NCBI RefSeq assembly: GCF_006345805.1
Contig: NC_043025.1
Coordinates: 10,974,001 to 11,038,000 of the forward strand
Reading direction: 5' to 3'
Length of the DNA: 64,000 nucleotides
Source: Octopus sinensis
Taxonomy: Eukaryota
Shown here: piece by piece, positions 10,440 to 20,850 of the stretch
Layout: every line of letters starts with the position of its first letter
Position numbering within the stretch: position 1 is the first letter of the stretch
Notes under the pieces: generated by a model
Databases searched by the model: none
The model's input: the letters and a program-made list of their open reading frames with translations, nothing else
What the model was told of the DNA's origin: nothing
Program-made: the position numbers and the translations under genes

Positions 10440-11225
10440 GGAAATGGCATTCTGTACTGCTTGGCATTCATGCTGGAAGCTCCAGTATGAACATTTCAGA
10501 GTGTTTGGGTGTTAATCTGAGGACAGAGCTGAGGATTCGGAGAGAGTTGGAGGAGCCTAACGGTAATTACAAAGGTAATTCAGGCGGTGAGCTGGCAGAA
10601 TCGTTAGCACGCCGGTTAAAATGCTTAACGGTATTTCATCTGCCGCTACGTTCTGAGTTCAAATTCCACCGATGTCGACTTTGCCTTTCATCCTTTCGGG
10701 GTCGATAAATTAAGTACCAGTTATGCACTGAAAACAATGTAATCGACTTAATCCGTTTGTCTGTCCTTGTTTGTCCCCTCTGTGTTTAGCCCCTTGTGGG
10801 TAGTAAAGAAATAGGTATTTCGTCTGCCGTTACGTTCTGAGTTCAAATTCCGCCAAGGTCGACTTTGCCTTTCATCCTTTCGGGGTCGATAAATTAAGTA
10901 CCAGTTACGCACTGGGCTCGATGTAATCGACTTAATACCTATGTCTGTCCTTGTGGGTAGTAAAGAAATAGGTAATTACAAAGGTACAGCAGCTCGGAAA
11001 ACTCACTCTGGTCGTTCTGATAAGAAAAGAACCCCTGAATTTATTGGCGAGATCCTGGCCATGATTGACAACGATCCCTCCTCCAAGTCACTCAGGTCCC
11101 TTACCAGGAACATGGGAGTGTCTGAGTTTCTTATCAGACAAGTTGTACATGAAGACGTTTGGTATTCCTCATACAAGATGAGAAAGGGCCACTTTTTATC
11201 CCAAGCCATCAAGAACAAGGGGAAA
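10440..11225 (+). mobile_element. Tc1/mariner-superfamily (maT/DD37D-like) transposase N-terminal relic interrupted by a SINE-B dimer
   Basis: ...NISECLGVNLRT...NGNYKG | TAARKTHSGRSDKKRTPEFIGEILAMIDNDPSSKSLRSLTRNMGVSEFLIRQVVHED...YKMRKG, an HTH-type region. Confidence 0.7.
10583..10970 (+). mobile_element. SINE-B dimer with a single 15-bp TSD
   Basis: GGTAATTACAAAGGT at 10562-10576 and 10971-10985. Confidence 0.9.
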
Positions 11226-11789
11226 AACTGCTGGAGCTCACTCCTAAGGGAATCTTACATCGTGTATAAACTCTATGTTTGGAAGGACCCATTTTAAACT
11301 TTGTTGGACTTTTGGACTTTACTCATAGGGTATTGGAATATTACACATATATACCATTGTGCCGGTGCTCTATGAACATTTAATGTGGTTTTAGAGTCAA
11401 GTTTTGACTGCTATTTCCAGTGTGGAGGTATCTCTTAGATACCCTAAATTATAATTTTAATAATAATTATATATATATAACTACACTCACGGAGTGGTTG
11501 GTGTTAGGAAGGGCATCCAGCTGTAGAAACATTGCCAGATAAGACTGGAGCCTGGTGCAGCCTTCTGGCTTCCCAGATCCCCGGTCGAACCGTCCAACCC
11601 ATGCTAGCATGGAGAACGGACGTTAAACGATGATGATGATGATGATGATGATATCATGTGATCATGTGACCGACCAGACCATCAGATGTTGTTACACATC
11701 GCTGGTCACAATGCGTTTGCATTGTTTTAGCCTTTGAATGATGCCACCCGCTGGCTAAGCGAGCAGGCCAATATATGCATATATATAGT

Positions 11790-11985
11790 TAATCCAAACA
11801 TGAAAATACAAAGAGAAAACACAACAACACGAGGATGTGGAACAAGTATAGTATTATTGGACGCTCAGGAAAGAAGGAGGGTTTAATGTTTCGAGCGGAG
11901 CTCTTTGTCAGAAACATAGGAAAAGGAAAGATCCAGAGAAGGGAAGACGGAGGAAAAAAAAATCGCCAACAGTACACACATGGTC
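11790..11985 (-). mobile_element. Penelope-like terminal-repeat element (family 2) with a degenerate hammerhead
   Basis: Inverted copy of 61715-61925; the core reads CTGACAA...GAAACATT (G8 and stem III mutated). Confidence 0.65.
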
Positions 11986-12080
11986 ACATTTTGACTGTGT
12001 ATATATATGTATATACACATATACACATACAGAGGAACACAAACACACACACACATAGTACATAGAAACAAAAGACTTAC

Positions 12081-12192
12081 CACTTGTACAGAGTGAATCC
12101 GAATTCTTGGTTGTCATGAATGGCAAGAAGTCATTCTCATGAGACAGCATATAGTTGGCAGTCTGGGTACGAAGGGTGGAGTAGTTGCACGT
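12081..12192 (-). CDS. OTUD6B: OTUD6B exon 7 (112 nt)
   Basis: caacag|ACG TGC...ACA AGT G|gtaagt gives TCNYSTLRTQTANYMLSHENDFLPFMTTKNSDSLCTS, compared with vertebrate LRSQTAEYMQSHVEDFLPFLT. Confidence 0.95.
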
Positions 12193-12319
12193 CTGTTGGG
12201 TACAGAGGAAGAGAGAGATGTGATGTAGTGGCTGTAGGGTGCATAAATACCACAAGACTATCAACTGTTTCCTTAATAAAAATAATAATAATAATGATAA
12301 TTTTTTCTACTACATGCAC

Positions 12320-12610
12320 AAGGCCGGACATTTGGGGAAATAGGATAGTTGATAACATTGACCCCCAGTACGTAACTGGTACTTCTTTATCCGACCCCGA
12401 AAGGATGAAAGGCAAAGTCAACCTTGGTGGAATTTGAACTCAGAACGTAAAGACAGATGAAATACTGCTAAGCATTTCGTCCAGTGTGCTAACGATTTTG
12501 CCACCTCACCGCCTTAATAATTATATTCTTTTCTACTCTAGGCACAAGGCCCAAAATTTTGGAAGGGGGTCTGTCAATTAGATCAACCCCAGTACACAAC
12601 TGGTACTTAA
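12320..12610 (-). mobile_element. Degenerate SINE-B copies
   Basis: GGATGAAAGGCAAAGTC..GGAATTTGAACTCAGAACG motif. Confidence 0.7.
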
Positions 12611-12715
12611 TTTTCAAACAGGGAAGTTTAGCATCCCCACTCAGCACAAAGCAATATCTGCGGACCGCGGTTTCTGGGTTATTTCCCTTCCTCAGCATAG
12701 AATAACTGCTTGGCT

Positions 12716-12774
<59 letters not shown>

Positions 12775-12819
12775 GGCTTATAATACCAATGATGACATTA
12801 ATATTGTTAATAAACTTAC

Positions 12820-12865
12820 CTGAATGTTTTTCAGAGCCAGCTGATGACAAATAGCATTGTAGAGG
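12820..12865 (-). CDS. OTUD6B: OTUD6B exon 6 (46 nt)
   Basis: ccactag|C CTC TAC AAT GCT ATT TGT CAT CAG CTG...ATT CAG|gtaagt gives (C)LYNAICHQLALKNIQ and completes the split catalytic Cys codon. Confidence 0.92.
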
Positions 12866-12952
12866 CTAGTGGAAGAGAAATATAGAAGGGTGGGTTAATA
12901 AATGGTAGTAGTAGAGTGTAGGTGTCATACTGATATTTATATGGGGACACAC

Positions 12953-13005
<53 letters not shown>

Positions 13006-13109
13006 AACACATATAGCCACTGGTAGGCTTGAGGTGCATATTCATATAGAGTACAAAATATTGATGATTGAATAAAGGAGAAAGAAAACAGATCAGAAGA
13101 ATTATGTAA

Positions 13110-13335
13110 AGTCTCATCTTAACAGCTGTTTCAAGACACCCTCAACCTATGTAAATAACAACATTCATACATAATATGCATATGATATCATAGATGTGTT
13201 TGTGTCATGCAAGTAACATCTAAAATTTGTCAGAACTTATAGTGCAACATCTATCACCTCATGAGCATAATATATATCAATGTGGTTATTACATAAGTAA
13301 TGGCTGCCTTGAAACAGCTGTTGAGATAAGGCATT
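13110..13335. mobile_element. MITE-like element with ~28-bp imperfect terminal inverted repeats
   Basis: CTCATCTTAACAGCTGTTTCAAGACACC versus reverse-complemented CTTATCTCAACAGCTGTTTCAAGGCAGC. Confidence 0.55.
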
Positions 13336-13579
13336 ATATAACTTTCCCGTTTTGTTTTCTTTGTATTTTAGTATATGTAAACAGTATGTTGCTCTCTAAG
13401 AAAACATATGTCTCAAGCCTACTTGTGTCTATCTGCCTTTTTATCTCCATAACAGCTCAATAAAGATTGTTCTTACAGTTAACTTTCAGTGCAGAGGTGC
13501 TGGCTCTGGATGAAGGAATTGGAGTTTAAGTTCCCAGCCCAGCTGTTTGTGAATTAATCTATAAGATATGGGACTTAAC

Positions 13580-13810
13580 TCATGTTAGCAAACTTACAGA
13601 TTTCATCGACATGAAAATTGGTAAAAGTTATGGCTGAAAAGCTATTTTTACCACTATCCAGGGGTACTTCGGGGAAAAATAAGTTGACAAAAGCACAGCC
13701 ATGGTCGTGACCAATGTCCTCCTAAAATTGGAGCAACATGCGTGCTAATTTGTGGACAGGCATAAAGTACATTCACATACACACACACACTGCCTTTTAT
13801 AGATATAGAT
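13580..13810 (+). mobile_element. HINE-like element 3' portion
   Basis: Ends ACACACACACTGCCTTTTATAGATATAGAT, like the 3347-3741 copy. Confidence 0.45.
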
Positions 13811-14098
13811 TACACAGGTTTCATTTGCTTATAGGAATTACTAAGTTGTACAAGGTGGATAAACATGTAAGAAATTTCCTATTAGAAATTCATCAGACAG
13901 AATTAAATAACACCTGACGAACTATTGTTAAAGACACTAACCCAAGGTGCCACACAGTGGAGTTGAACCTGAAAACATTTGGTTGGGAAGCAAGCTTTTT
14001 AACCACATACCTATGCAGGAATGGTTTAGGAGCAGACATACCAGAAATGTATGGGGCATACACTACATATACGCAAAAATTATACAAGAAATACTCAC

Positions 14099-14118
14099 CA
14101 GTTGCCATCTGAAGGAAT
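14099..14118 (-). CDS. OTUD6B: OTUD6B exon 5, 20-nt micro-exon carrying the catalytic D-G-N-C loop
   Basis: ttcttcttacag|ATT CCT TCA GAT GGC AAC TG|gtgagt gives IPSDGN(C); phase matches exon 4 (0) and exon 6 (2). Confidence 0.93.
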
Positions 14119-14131
14119 CTGTAAGAAGAAA

Positions 14132-14437
14132 AAGTATATTAATTAAAGATATATGCATGGATATTAATTAAAGTATAATAATTAAAGATATATGCATGGA
14201 TATTAATTAAAGTATATTAATTAAAGATATATGCATGGATATTAATTAAAGTATATTAATTAAAGATATATGCATGGATATTAATTAAAGTATATTAATT
14301 AAAGATATATGCATGGATATTAATTAAAGTATATTAATTAAAGATATATGCATGGATATTAATTAAAGTATATTAATTAAAGATATATGCATGGATATTA
14401 ATTAAAGTATATTAATTAAAGATATATGCATGGATAT
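14132..14437. repeat. 39-bp AT-rich minisatellite, about 8 copies
   Basis: AATTAAAGATATATGCATGGATATTAATTAAAGTATATT starts at 14141, 14180, 14219 and onward. Confidence 0.95.
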
Positions 14438-14459
14438 GCATGCTAGTGCATGCATATAC

Positions 14460-14772
14460 AGCTGTGTGCGTGCGCACATACACGCGAGTACTCTCCAAAT
14501 CTCTGACCAATCCCATACAGCTAGCTGGCATTGAATTCACGTATCAAGTTTCGGGCATTTTGATTGGATTTTGGATAGAAAATCCACAAGAAAGTCACTT
14601 CTTTTGATTTTTTAATGGCTTTGCGGTGTGACTGGGGAAATGTAAAGATGTGCACGACCACCCTTGGACAGTTTTAAATGACCATAGAAAGTGCGAGCCC
14701 TCTAACTGAAAAATTATAGATTTGTATAAAGGACACACACACAGACATTTTGCTGTTTATATAGAGAGAGAT
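14460..14772 (+). mobile_element. HINE-like element 3' portion
   Basis: Ends GACACACACACAGACATTTTGCTGTTTATATAGAGAGAGAT. Confidence 0.45.
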
Positions 14773-14989
14773 AATAATAATAATAAAAATAATAATCTGT
14801 TCTACTAAAGGAACAAGGCCTGAAATTTGGGAGAAGGCGGGATAAGTTGATTACATCAACCCGTGTTTCACTGGTACTTAATTTATTGACCCTGAAAGGA
14901 AAGGTAAAGTTGACTGCAGCGTCATTTGAACTCAGAACCTTAAGACGGATGAAATACCACTCAGCATTTCTCCAATGTGCTAATGATTC

Positions 14990-15525
14990 TTACTGAGTGA
15001 GAGAGCAGTTCATGCCATCAAAGTGACACTAGGGTAAAATATACGAAGCCCAGTATACTCATCATGACTACCCGTCTGATAAGGGTACACCAGGCACATG
15101 CATCACAACCATCTGTGCATGACATGGTGATCTCATATCAAGATAAACAGCACATGACTGCAGGTGGGGCCCAGTTAGAATTTTCTTCTAATCAAGTAAC
15201 CCATCCTGCTCAAAAGGTCCCTTTATAAGGGTTGTTTAAGGATGTCAAACGAAACATGTTTCCAGAGGTGAATTATTCAAACCTCAAAGAATCCCTCTCA
15301 ACACATGGCTATGATGCTCCCCAACTACTTCTGCTCGTGATCAGAGATGCACATATCGTCAGCCACTAAGGGACATGCTCAACTGGTTAAGGTCAAACAA
15401 CTGACAAGCAAATCTGTGGTATTGAGCAGAATATTTGCTGTAGCCCATCTTTTATACCAAGACAAAACAATGTACATGATAACACTTCCAATCAGTTAAG
15501 ATCAGAAGCCATGAGAGCCACTGCA
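14990..15525. repeat. Unclassified interspersed repeat (probable LINE UTR or non-autonomous element)
   Basis: Non-coding, higher-complexity block bounded by SINE-B and (AAT)n; identity not established. Confidence 0.3.
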
Positions 15526-15572
15526 TCAGGGCATATATTGTTATTGTTATTATTATTATTGTTGTTGTTGTT

Positions 15573-15651
15573 CAGGTCACTGCTTGGAATCAAACTAGGA
15601 ATAGTGGGGTTAGTAGCCCGCACTCTTAACCACTACGCCATATGCCCGTGG
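15573..15651 (-). mobile_element. tRNA-like Pol III head (family D) followed by (AAC/AAT)n
   Basis: A box TGGCGTAGTGG (15640-15630), B-box-like GTTTGATTCC (15595-15586); related heads at 16150-16218 and about 38245-38290. Confidence 0.7.
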
Positions 15652-15707
15652 GCAATTATGGAGTGAATTTTAGGTCTTATAAATCTAATATTTTTCTATT
15701 TTTCCTT

Positions 15708-15753
15708 AACACCTGATGAAGGCTGGAGGTTATATCAGCCGAAACGTTGTGTT
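15708..15753 (+). ncRNA. Minimal type-I hammerhead ribozyme motif (intact core), copy 1
   Basis: AACAC-CTGATGA-A-GGCTG[gaggttatat]CAGCC-GAAA-CG-TT^GTGTT: stem I AACAC/GTGTT, stem II GGCTG/CAGCC, palindromic stem III ACGT. Confidence 0.78.
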
Positions 15754-15999
15754 AACAACAAACAAGATGAGGACAAATATCCGTCAAATGTAAATAATGT
15801 AAATAATTCCTCATCTCTTAAATATAGAACTGGAATAATAATAATAATAATAACATCAAAAAAACAATGTGGATAAATAAATGAGCAATACATTTGATAG
15901 AATAATCAGAACGCTTAAAGAGTTAATAACAACTTAGTGCCATGTTTCCTTCAATAAAACAATCACTGCACAATATCAGAGAAAAACATGCTTATTTAC

Positions 16000-16218
16000 A
16001 TTGTTTACATTTGACGGATATTTGTCCTCATCTTGTTTGTTGCTAACACAACATTTTGGCTGATATACTCTCCAGCCTTCATCAGGTGTCTTGAGGAAAT
16101 TTCGAACCTGGGTTCTCATTCCTAAGGTATTTTGTGACATCGTCGTCATTCACTGCCTGGAATTGAACTCAGAATCTTGGGGTGAGTAGCCTGTGCTCAC
16201 TATGCCATATGCCCATGA
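16000..16218 (-). mobile_element. tRNA-head plus hammerhead-module element (core mutated)
   Basis: Minus strand: GGGCATATGGCATAGTG..GAGTTCAATTCCAGGCAGTGA, then AATACCTTAGGAATGAGAACCC..GACAC CTGATGA A GGCTG..CAGCC AAAA TGTT GTGTT. Confidence 0.72.
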
Positions 16219-16279
16219 GAATAATAATAACATCACAAAATACCTTAGGAATGAGAACTCAGGTTCGAAATTTCCTCAA

Positions 16280-16325
16280 GACACCTGATGAGGGCTGGAG
16301 GGTATATTAGCTGAAACGTTGTGTT
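16280..16325 (+). ncRNA. Minimal hammerhead motif (intact core, wobbles in stem II), copy 3
   Basis: GACAC-CTGATGA-G-GGCTG..TAGCT-GAAA-CGTT^GTGTT. Confidence 0.7.
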
Positions 16326-16468
16326 AACAACAAACAAGATGAGGAGAAATATCCGTCAAATGTAAATAATGTACAGAATTCCTCATCTCTTAAATATAGA
16401 ACTGGAATAATAATAATAATTACAAAAAGTACCTTAGGAATGAGAACCCAGGTTCGAAATTTCCCCAA

Positions 16469-16510
16469 GACACCTGAAGAAGGCTTGGAGGGTATATCAG
16501 CCGAAACATT
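16469..16510 (+). ncRNA. Truncated hammerhead motif, copy 4
   Basis: GACAC-CTGAAGA..CAGCC-GAAA-CATT, then the next module starts; the stem I 3' strand is missing. Confidence 0.5.
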
Positions 16511-16553
16511 AAAATACCTTAGGAATGAGAGCCCAGGTTTGAAATTTCGCCAA

Positions 16554-16599
16554 AACACCTGATGAGGGCTGGAGGGTATATCAGCTGAAACGTTGTGTT
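16554..16599 (+). ncRNA. Minimal hammerhead motif (intact core), copy 5
   Basis: AACAC-CTGATGA-G-GGCTG..CAGCT-GAAA-CGTT^GTGTT. Confidence 0.75.
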
Positions 16600-16733
16600 A
16601 ACAACAAACAAGATGAGGACAAATATCCGTGAAATGTAAAGAATGTACAGAATTCCTCATCTCTTAAATAAAGAATCTTTTTCTTTTTCCATTTTTTCCA
16701 GTCGTGCCCTCCCCACCTCAACTCAATATTTAC

Positions 16734-16871
16734 CTCATGTACACACAAGTCCATGTCTTCCAGGATCTGGCGCAGTTTCTCCGACTCCAGATGACGGTCG
16801 CCATGGAGGTTCTCCAGTTCTTGCTCCTTCAGTCTCCTCTCGCGTTCCTTCTCTTCAGCAGCTTTCTTGTC
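16734..16871 (-). CDS. OTUD6B: OTUD6B exon 4 (138 nt)
   Basis: tgtgaag|GAC AAG...CAT GAG|gtaaat gives DKKAAEEKERERRLKEQELENLHGDRHLESEKLRQILEDMDLCVHE, compared with vertebrate EKKAALEKEREERI...RHMESEKLAQIL. Confidence 0.93.
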
Positions 16872-16974
16872 CTTCACAGGCGAGAGGGGGGGGGAGAGAG
16901 AACGGAATTGGTAAATCATAACAACAACAACAACAATCAGCAGCAACAGCATCATCATCATCATTATTTTAATA

Positions 16975-17191
16975 CTCTCTCTTTTACTCTCTTTTACTCT
17001 TTTACTTGTTTCAGTCATTTGACTGTGGCCATGCTGGAGCACCGCCTTTTAGTCGAGCAAATCGACCCTGGGACTTATACTTTGTAAGCCCAGTACTTAT
17101 TCTATCGGTCTCTTTTTGCCAAACCGCTAAGTGACGGGGACGTAAACACACCAGCATCGGTTGTCAAGCAATGGTAGGGGGACAAACACAG

Positions 17192-17222
<31 letters not shown>

Positions 17223-17900
17223 CATATATACGTCGGGCTTCTTTCAGTTTCCGTCTATCAAATCCACTCACAAGGCTTTGGTCAGCCCTGGGCTATAGCA
17301 GAAGACACTTGCCCAAGGTGCCACGCAGTGGGACTGAACCCGGAACCATGTGATTGGTAAACAAGCTACTTACCACACAGCCACTCCTCTGTCGAATTTT
17401 TCTCTAATATATCTTCTATTTTTTACTTGCTTCATTCATTAGACTGTGGCCATGCTGGGGCACTGCCGTTAGTCGGTTAACGGCAACTTGGGCAAGTGTC
17501 TTCTTTTTATAGCCCCCACAGCCAATCAAAGCCTTGTGAGTGGTTTTGGTAGACAACCTGAATAAAGCCTGTTGCATATATATATATATCGACCCCAGGA
17601 CTTATTCTTTGGAAGCCCAGTGCTTATTCTATCAGTCTCTTTTTACCAAACCGCTAAGTTACGGGGGACGTAAACACACCAGCATCGGTTGTCAAGCGAA
17701 GTTGGGAGACAAACACAGACACACATACATATATATATATATACATATATACAACGGGCTTCTTTCAGTTTCCATCTACCAAATCCACTCACAAGGCTTT
17801 GGTCGGCCCGGGGCTATAGTAGAAGACACTTGCCCAAGGTGCCACGCAGTGGGACTGAACCCGGAACCATGTGGTTGGTAAGCAAGCTACTTCTGCACCT
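16975..17900 (-). mobile_element. Two SINE-A copies (16975-17388 and about 17590-17900) plus a fragment
   Basis: Family A motifs as above. Confidence 0.85.
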
Positions 17901-18234
17901 ATATATAGAGATAATTTGAAAAATTAAGTGATGTGAGTGATTTATAGGCTTCTTTCTGTTTCCATCTGCCAACAAGGATTTGGTCAGATGGGAGTAGAAA
18001 GCACTTACATAATGTGCTGCACTCAAATCTATTTGCAAGACTTTGGCTAGCCGAGGGCGAGAGTAAGAAGACACTTGCTCAAGGTGACAGGCAGTGGGAC
18101 TGAACCCAGATCTATACAGTTGGCAAGTGAACATCTGAACCACGCAGCCATGCCTGCAACTTCATCATCATCATCGTTTAACATCCGTCGTGCCTTGCCC
18201 CGGTTTGTGGCTAACCAAGTTGGAGTGGATCCTT

Positions 18235-18540
18235 TTCCACTTTTTGTGGAGAGGTAAAACTCCACTTGTGAGGCCTCCATCTGTTGCCAGAAACCGTTAA
18301 AGGGTGGGCTGGGGATGCCCTGGCTAATGATGCTCAAGCACACGCTGAGGCTGAGACATCTCTGATGTCACCTGAATGGTGAGCAGGTGTGGTCAACGCA
18401 TACCGAGCAGTTCTTCCCAAAGTTAAAGTCCCTTGTAGACTTAGGTACATGGATCACGCAGAGACCCAAGTTGGGGGAATGGAGGGAGGAGTGCAGACAA
18501 GCACTTTCCCTCTTCTCCCGAGGGAGCAATGCTGACAGCA
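18235..18540 (+). mobile_element. L1/Tx1-type LINE ORF2 fragment
   Basis: SICCQKPLKGGLGMPWLMMLKHTLRLRHL*...EWREECRQAL resembles the 'P..GGLG' region C-terminal of RT. Confidence 0.55.
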
Positions 18541-19024
18541 GAGTTGGACGAATGACTGAAGGCTGGCGAACCAGGCTCCAATCTGATCTGGCAGAGTTTC
18601 TACAGCTGGATGCCCTTCCTAACGCCAACCACTCTGAGAGTGTAGTGGATGCTTTTTACATGCCACCTGCATGGGGGCCAGATTGGCAGTACTGGCAATG
18701 ACCTCGCTAGAATCTTTTTACACATGCCACCGGCACAGGTGCCAGTGAAGCGACTTTGGTAACGATCATGCTTGAATGATGCCCTTTTATGTGCCACTGG
18801 CACGGAAGCCAGTTGGCTGCTCTGGCAACGATCACGCTCAGATGGTGTTCCTGGCACCCTACTAGCACAGGCATAAGTGCCAGTAAGGCACTTACCAACA
18901 ACAATTATAACAAACATGTGTTTACTGAACAGGCGGGGAAAATCTTATCTACATACAGAACAGCTGAGTATCCTAGAAATAGCAGCCAAATCTCCTTTAA
19001 CTTATACTCTGCTGTATTAAAATG

Positions 19025-20215
19025 AGATAGCAGAGTCCTAGATACACATCATCATCGCTTAGCGTCCGCTTTCCATGCTGGCATGGGTTGGACGGTTTTG
19101 ACTGAGGACTGGCGAACCAGATGGCTGCCCCAGGCTCCAATGTTAATCTGGCAGAGTTTCTACAGCTGGATGCCCTTCCTAATGCCAACCATGTCTGAAT
19201 AAAAAAGACAGGAGGGTCACAGCTGGAACACCTTTGATTCAGGACTGACCCAATGCCAACAACCCTAACCCTAACACATTAGATAATATATTCCTAGATA
19301 CACTATGCCTGTACAAAAGACAGGATGGTCACAGCTGGAACGCCTTTGATTCAGGACTGACCCGATGCCAAACAACAAGGAAGAACACATTAGATAATGT
19401 AGTCCTAGACACACTATGTCTGTATCAAAGACAGGATGGTCACAGTTGGAATATCTGTGATCATAGAGAAGAAGATCACATCAGATAGCAGAGTCCTAGA
19501 TACACATCATCATCATCATCGTTTAACATCTGCTTTCCATGCTAGCATGGGTTGGACGATTTTGACTGAGGACTGGTGAACCAGATGGCTGCCCCAGGCT
19601 CCAATCTCATATGGCAGAGTTTCTACAGCTGGAAGCCCTTCCTAATGCCAACCATGTCTGAATAAAAAAGACAGGATGGTCACAGCTGGAACGCCTTTGA
19701 TTCAGGACTGACCCGATGCCAAACAACAAGAACACATTAGATAATGTAGTCCTAGACACACTATGCCTGTATCAAAGACAGGATGGTCACAGTTGGAATA
19801 TCTGTGATCATAGGTTTGCAAGATCAAGACTGACCTGGGGCTAAACAAGAACAAGGAATGACACATTAGTTAATGTAGTCCTAGATAGACTGTGTCTATA
19901 TAAAAGATGGGATGGTCACATCTGGAACTGACATGTGGCTAAACAACAAGGCCAGACACAATAGATGATGTAGTCTTAGACACACTGTCTCTATAAAAGA
20001 CAGGATGGTCACAACTGGAACATCTTTGATCATAGGTCTGTTGGATCAGGACTGACCTGGGGCTAAACGGCAGCTACCAGGAAGGATACATTACAGAGTG
20101 TAGTCCAAGATACACTATGTCTGAATACAAGACAGGATGATCATGCTTGGGACACTATTGATCATAGGTCTGCTGGATCAGCAGCGACCTGGGGTTAAAC
20201 AACAACAAGGGAAGG
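19025..20215. repeat. Degenerate 110-130-bp tandem family (GACAGGATGGTCACAGCTGGAAC..GATCATAGGTCTG..CCTGGGGCTAAAC) including a ~458-bp duplication
   Basis: AGATAGCAGAGTCCTAGA at 19025 and 19483; the same family occurs at about 2050-2250, 37340-37740 and 38130-38210. Confidence 0.75.
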
Positions 20216-20240
20216 ACCACAAGGATTCAGTGAAACTTAC

Positions 20241-20345
20241 CCTACGCTTTTGGGCTTTCGATATTTTTCGGACTTCCTCTGTCGGTTCATTATCGTCACC
20301 ATCAGTGGTCAGCTTGGATATTCCTTTCCCAACTTCCTCCACCGA
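20241..20345 (-). CDS. OTUD6B: OTUD6B exon 3 (105 nt)
   Basis: ttgtcag|TCG GTG...CGT AGG|gtaagt gives SVEEVGKGISKLTTDGDDNEPTEEVRKISKAQKRR; ISKAQKRR is conserved in OTUD6B. Confidence 0.95.
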
Positions 20346-20629
20346 CTGACAATAGAAAAAGGAGAAATAAAAATGGTTCACAATTCAAAAGAGCAACTCA
20401 AACAGAACAATTTTCAAACGCAGCACACACTCTTTACAACAAGCATTTTTTCATCGTCCTTAAATAACTTTCATTCAAGGACCTTTTGAGCAGGCTTCTT
20501 AACCTGAAAAAAATTTTAACTGGGCCCCATCTGTAAGATCATGTGCTGTTTATTTTGATATGAGGTCACCTTCCTCGCTACTAATCCTCAATGCCCTCAG
20601 TTGAGGGGTTTCGTCATATAAGCTACCAG

Positions 20630-20850
20630 GCGAGCTGGCAGAAACATTAGCACGCTGGGTGAAATGCTTATTGGTATTTCGTCTGTCTCTACGTTCTGAG
20701 TTCAAATTCCGCCGAGGTCGACTTTGCCTTTCATCCTTTCGGGATCAATAAAATAAGTACCAGATACACACTGGGGTCGATGTAATCGACTTAATCCCTT
20801 TGTGTGTCCTTGTTTGTCCCCTCTGTGTTTAGCCCCTTTTGGGCAATAAA
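20630..20850 (+). mobile_element. SINE family B
   Basis: Complete monomer. Confidence 0.85.
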
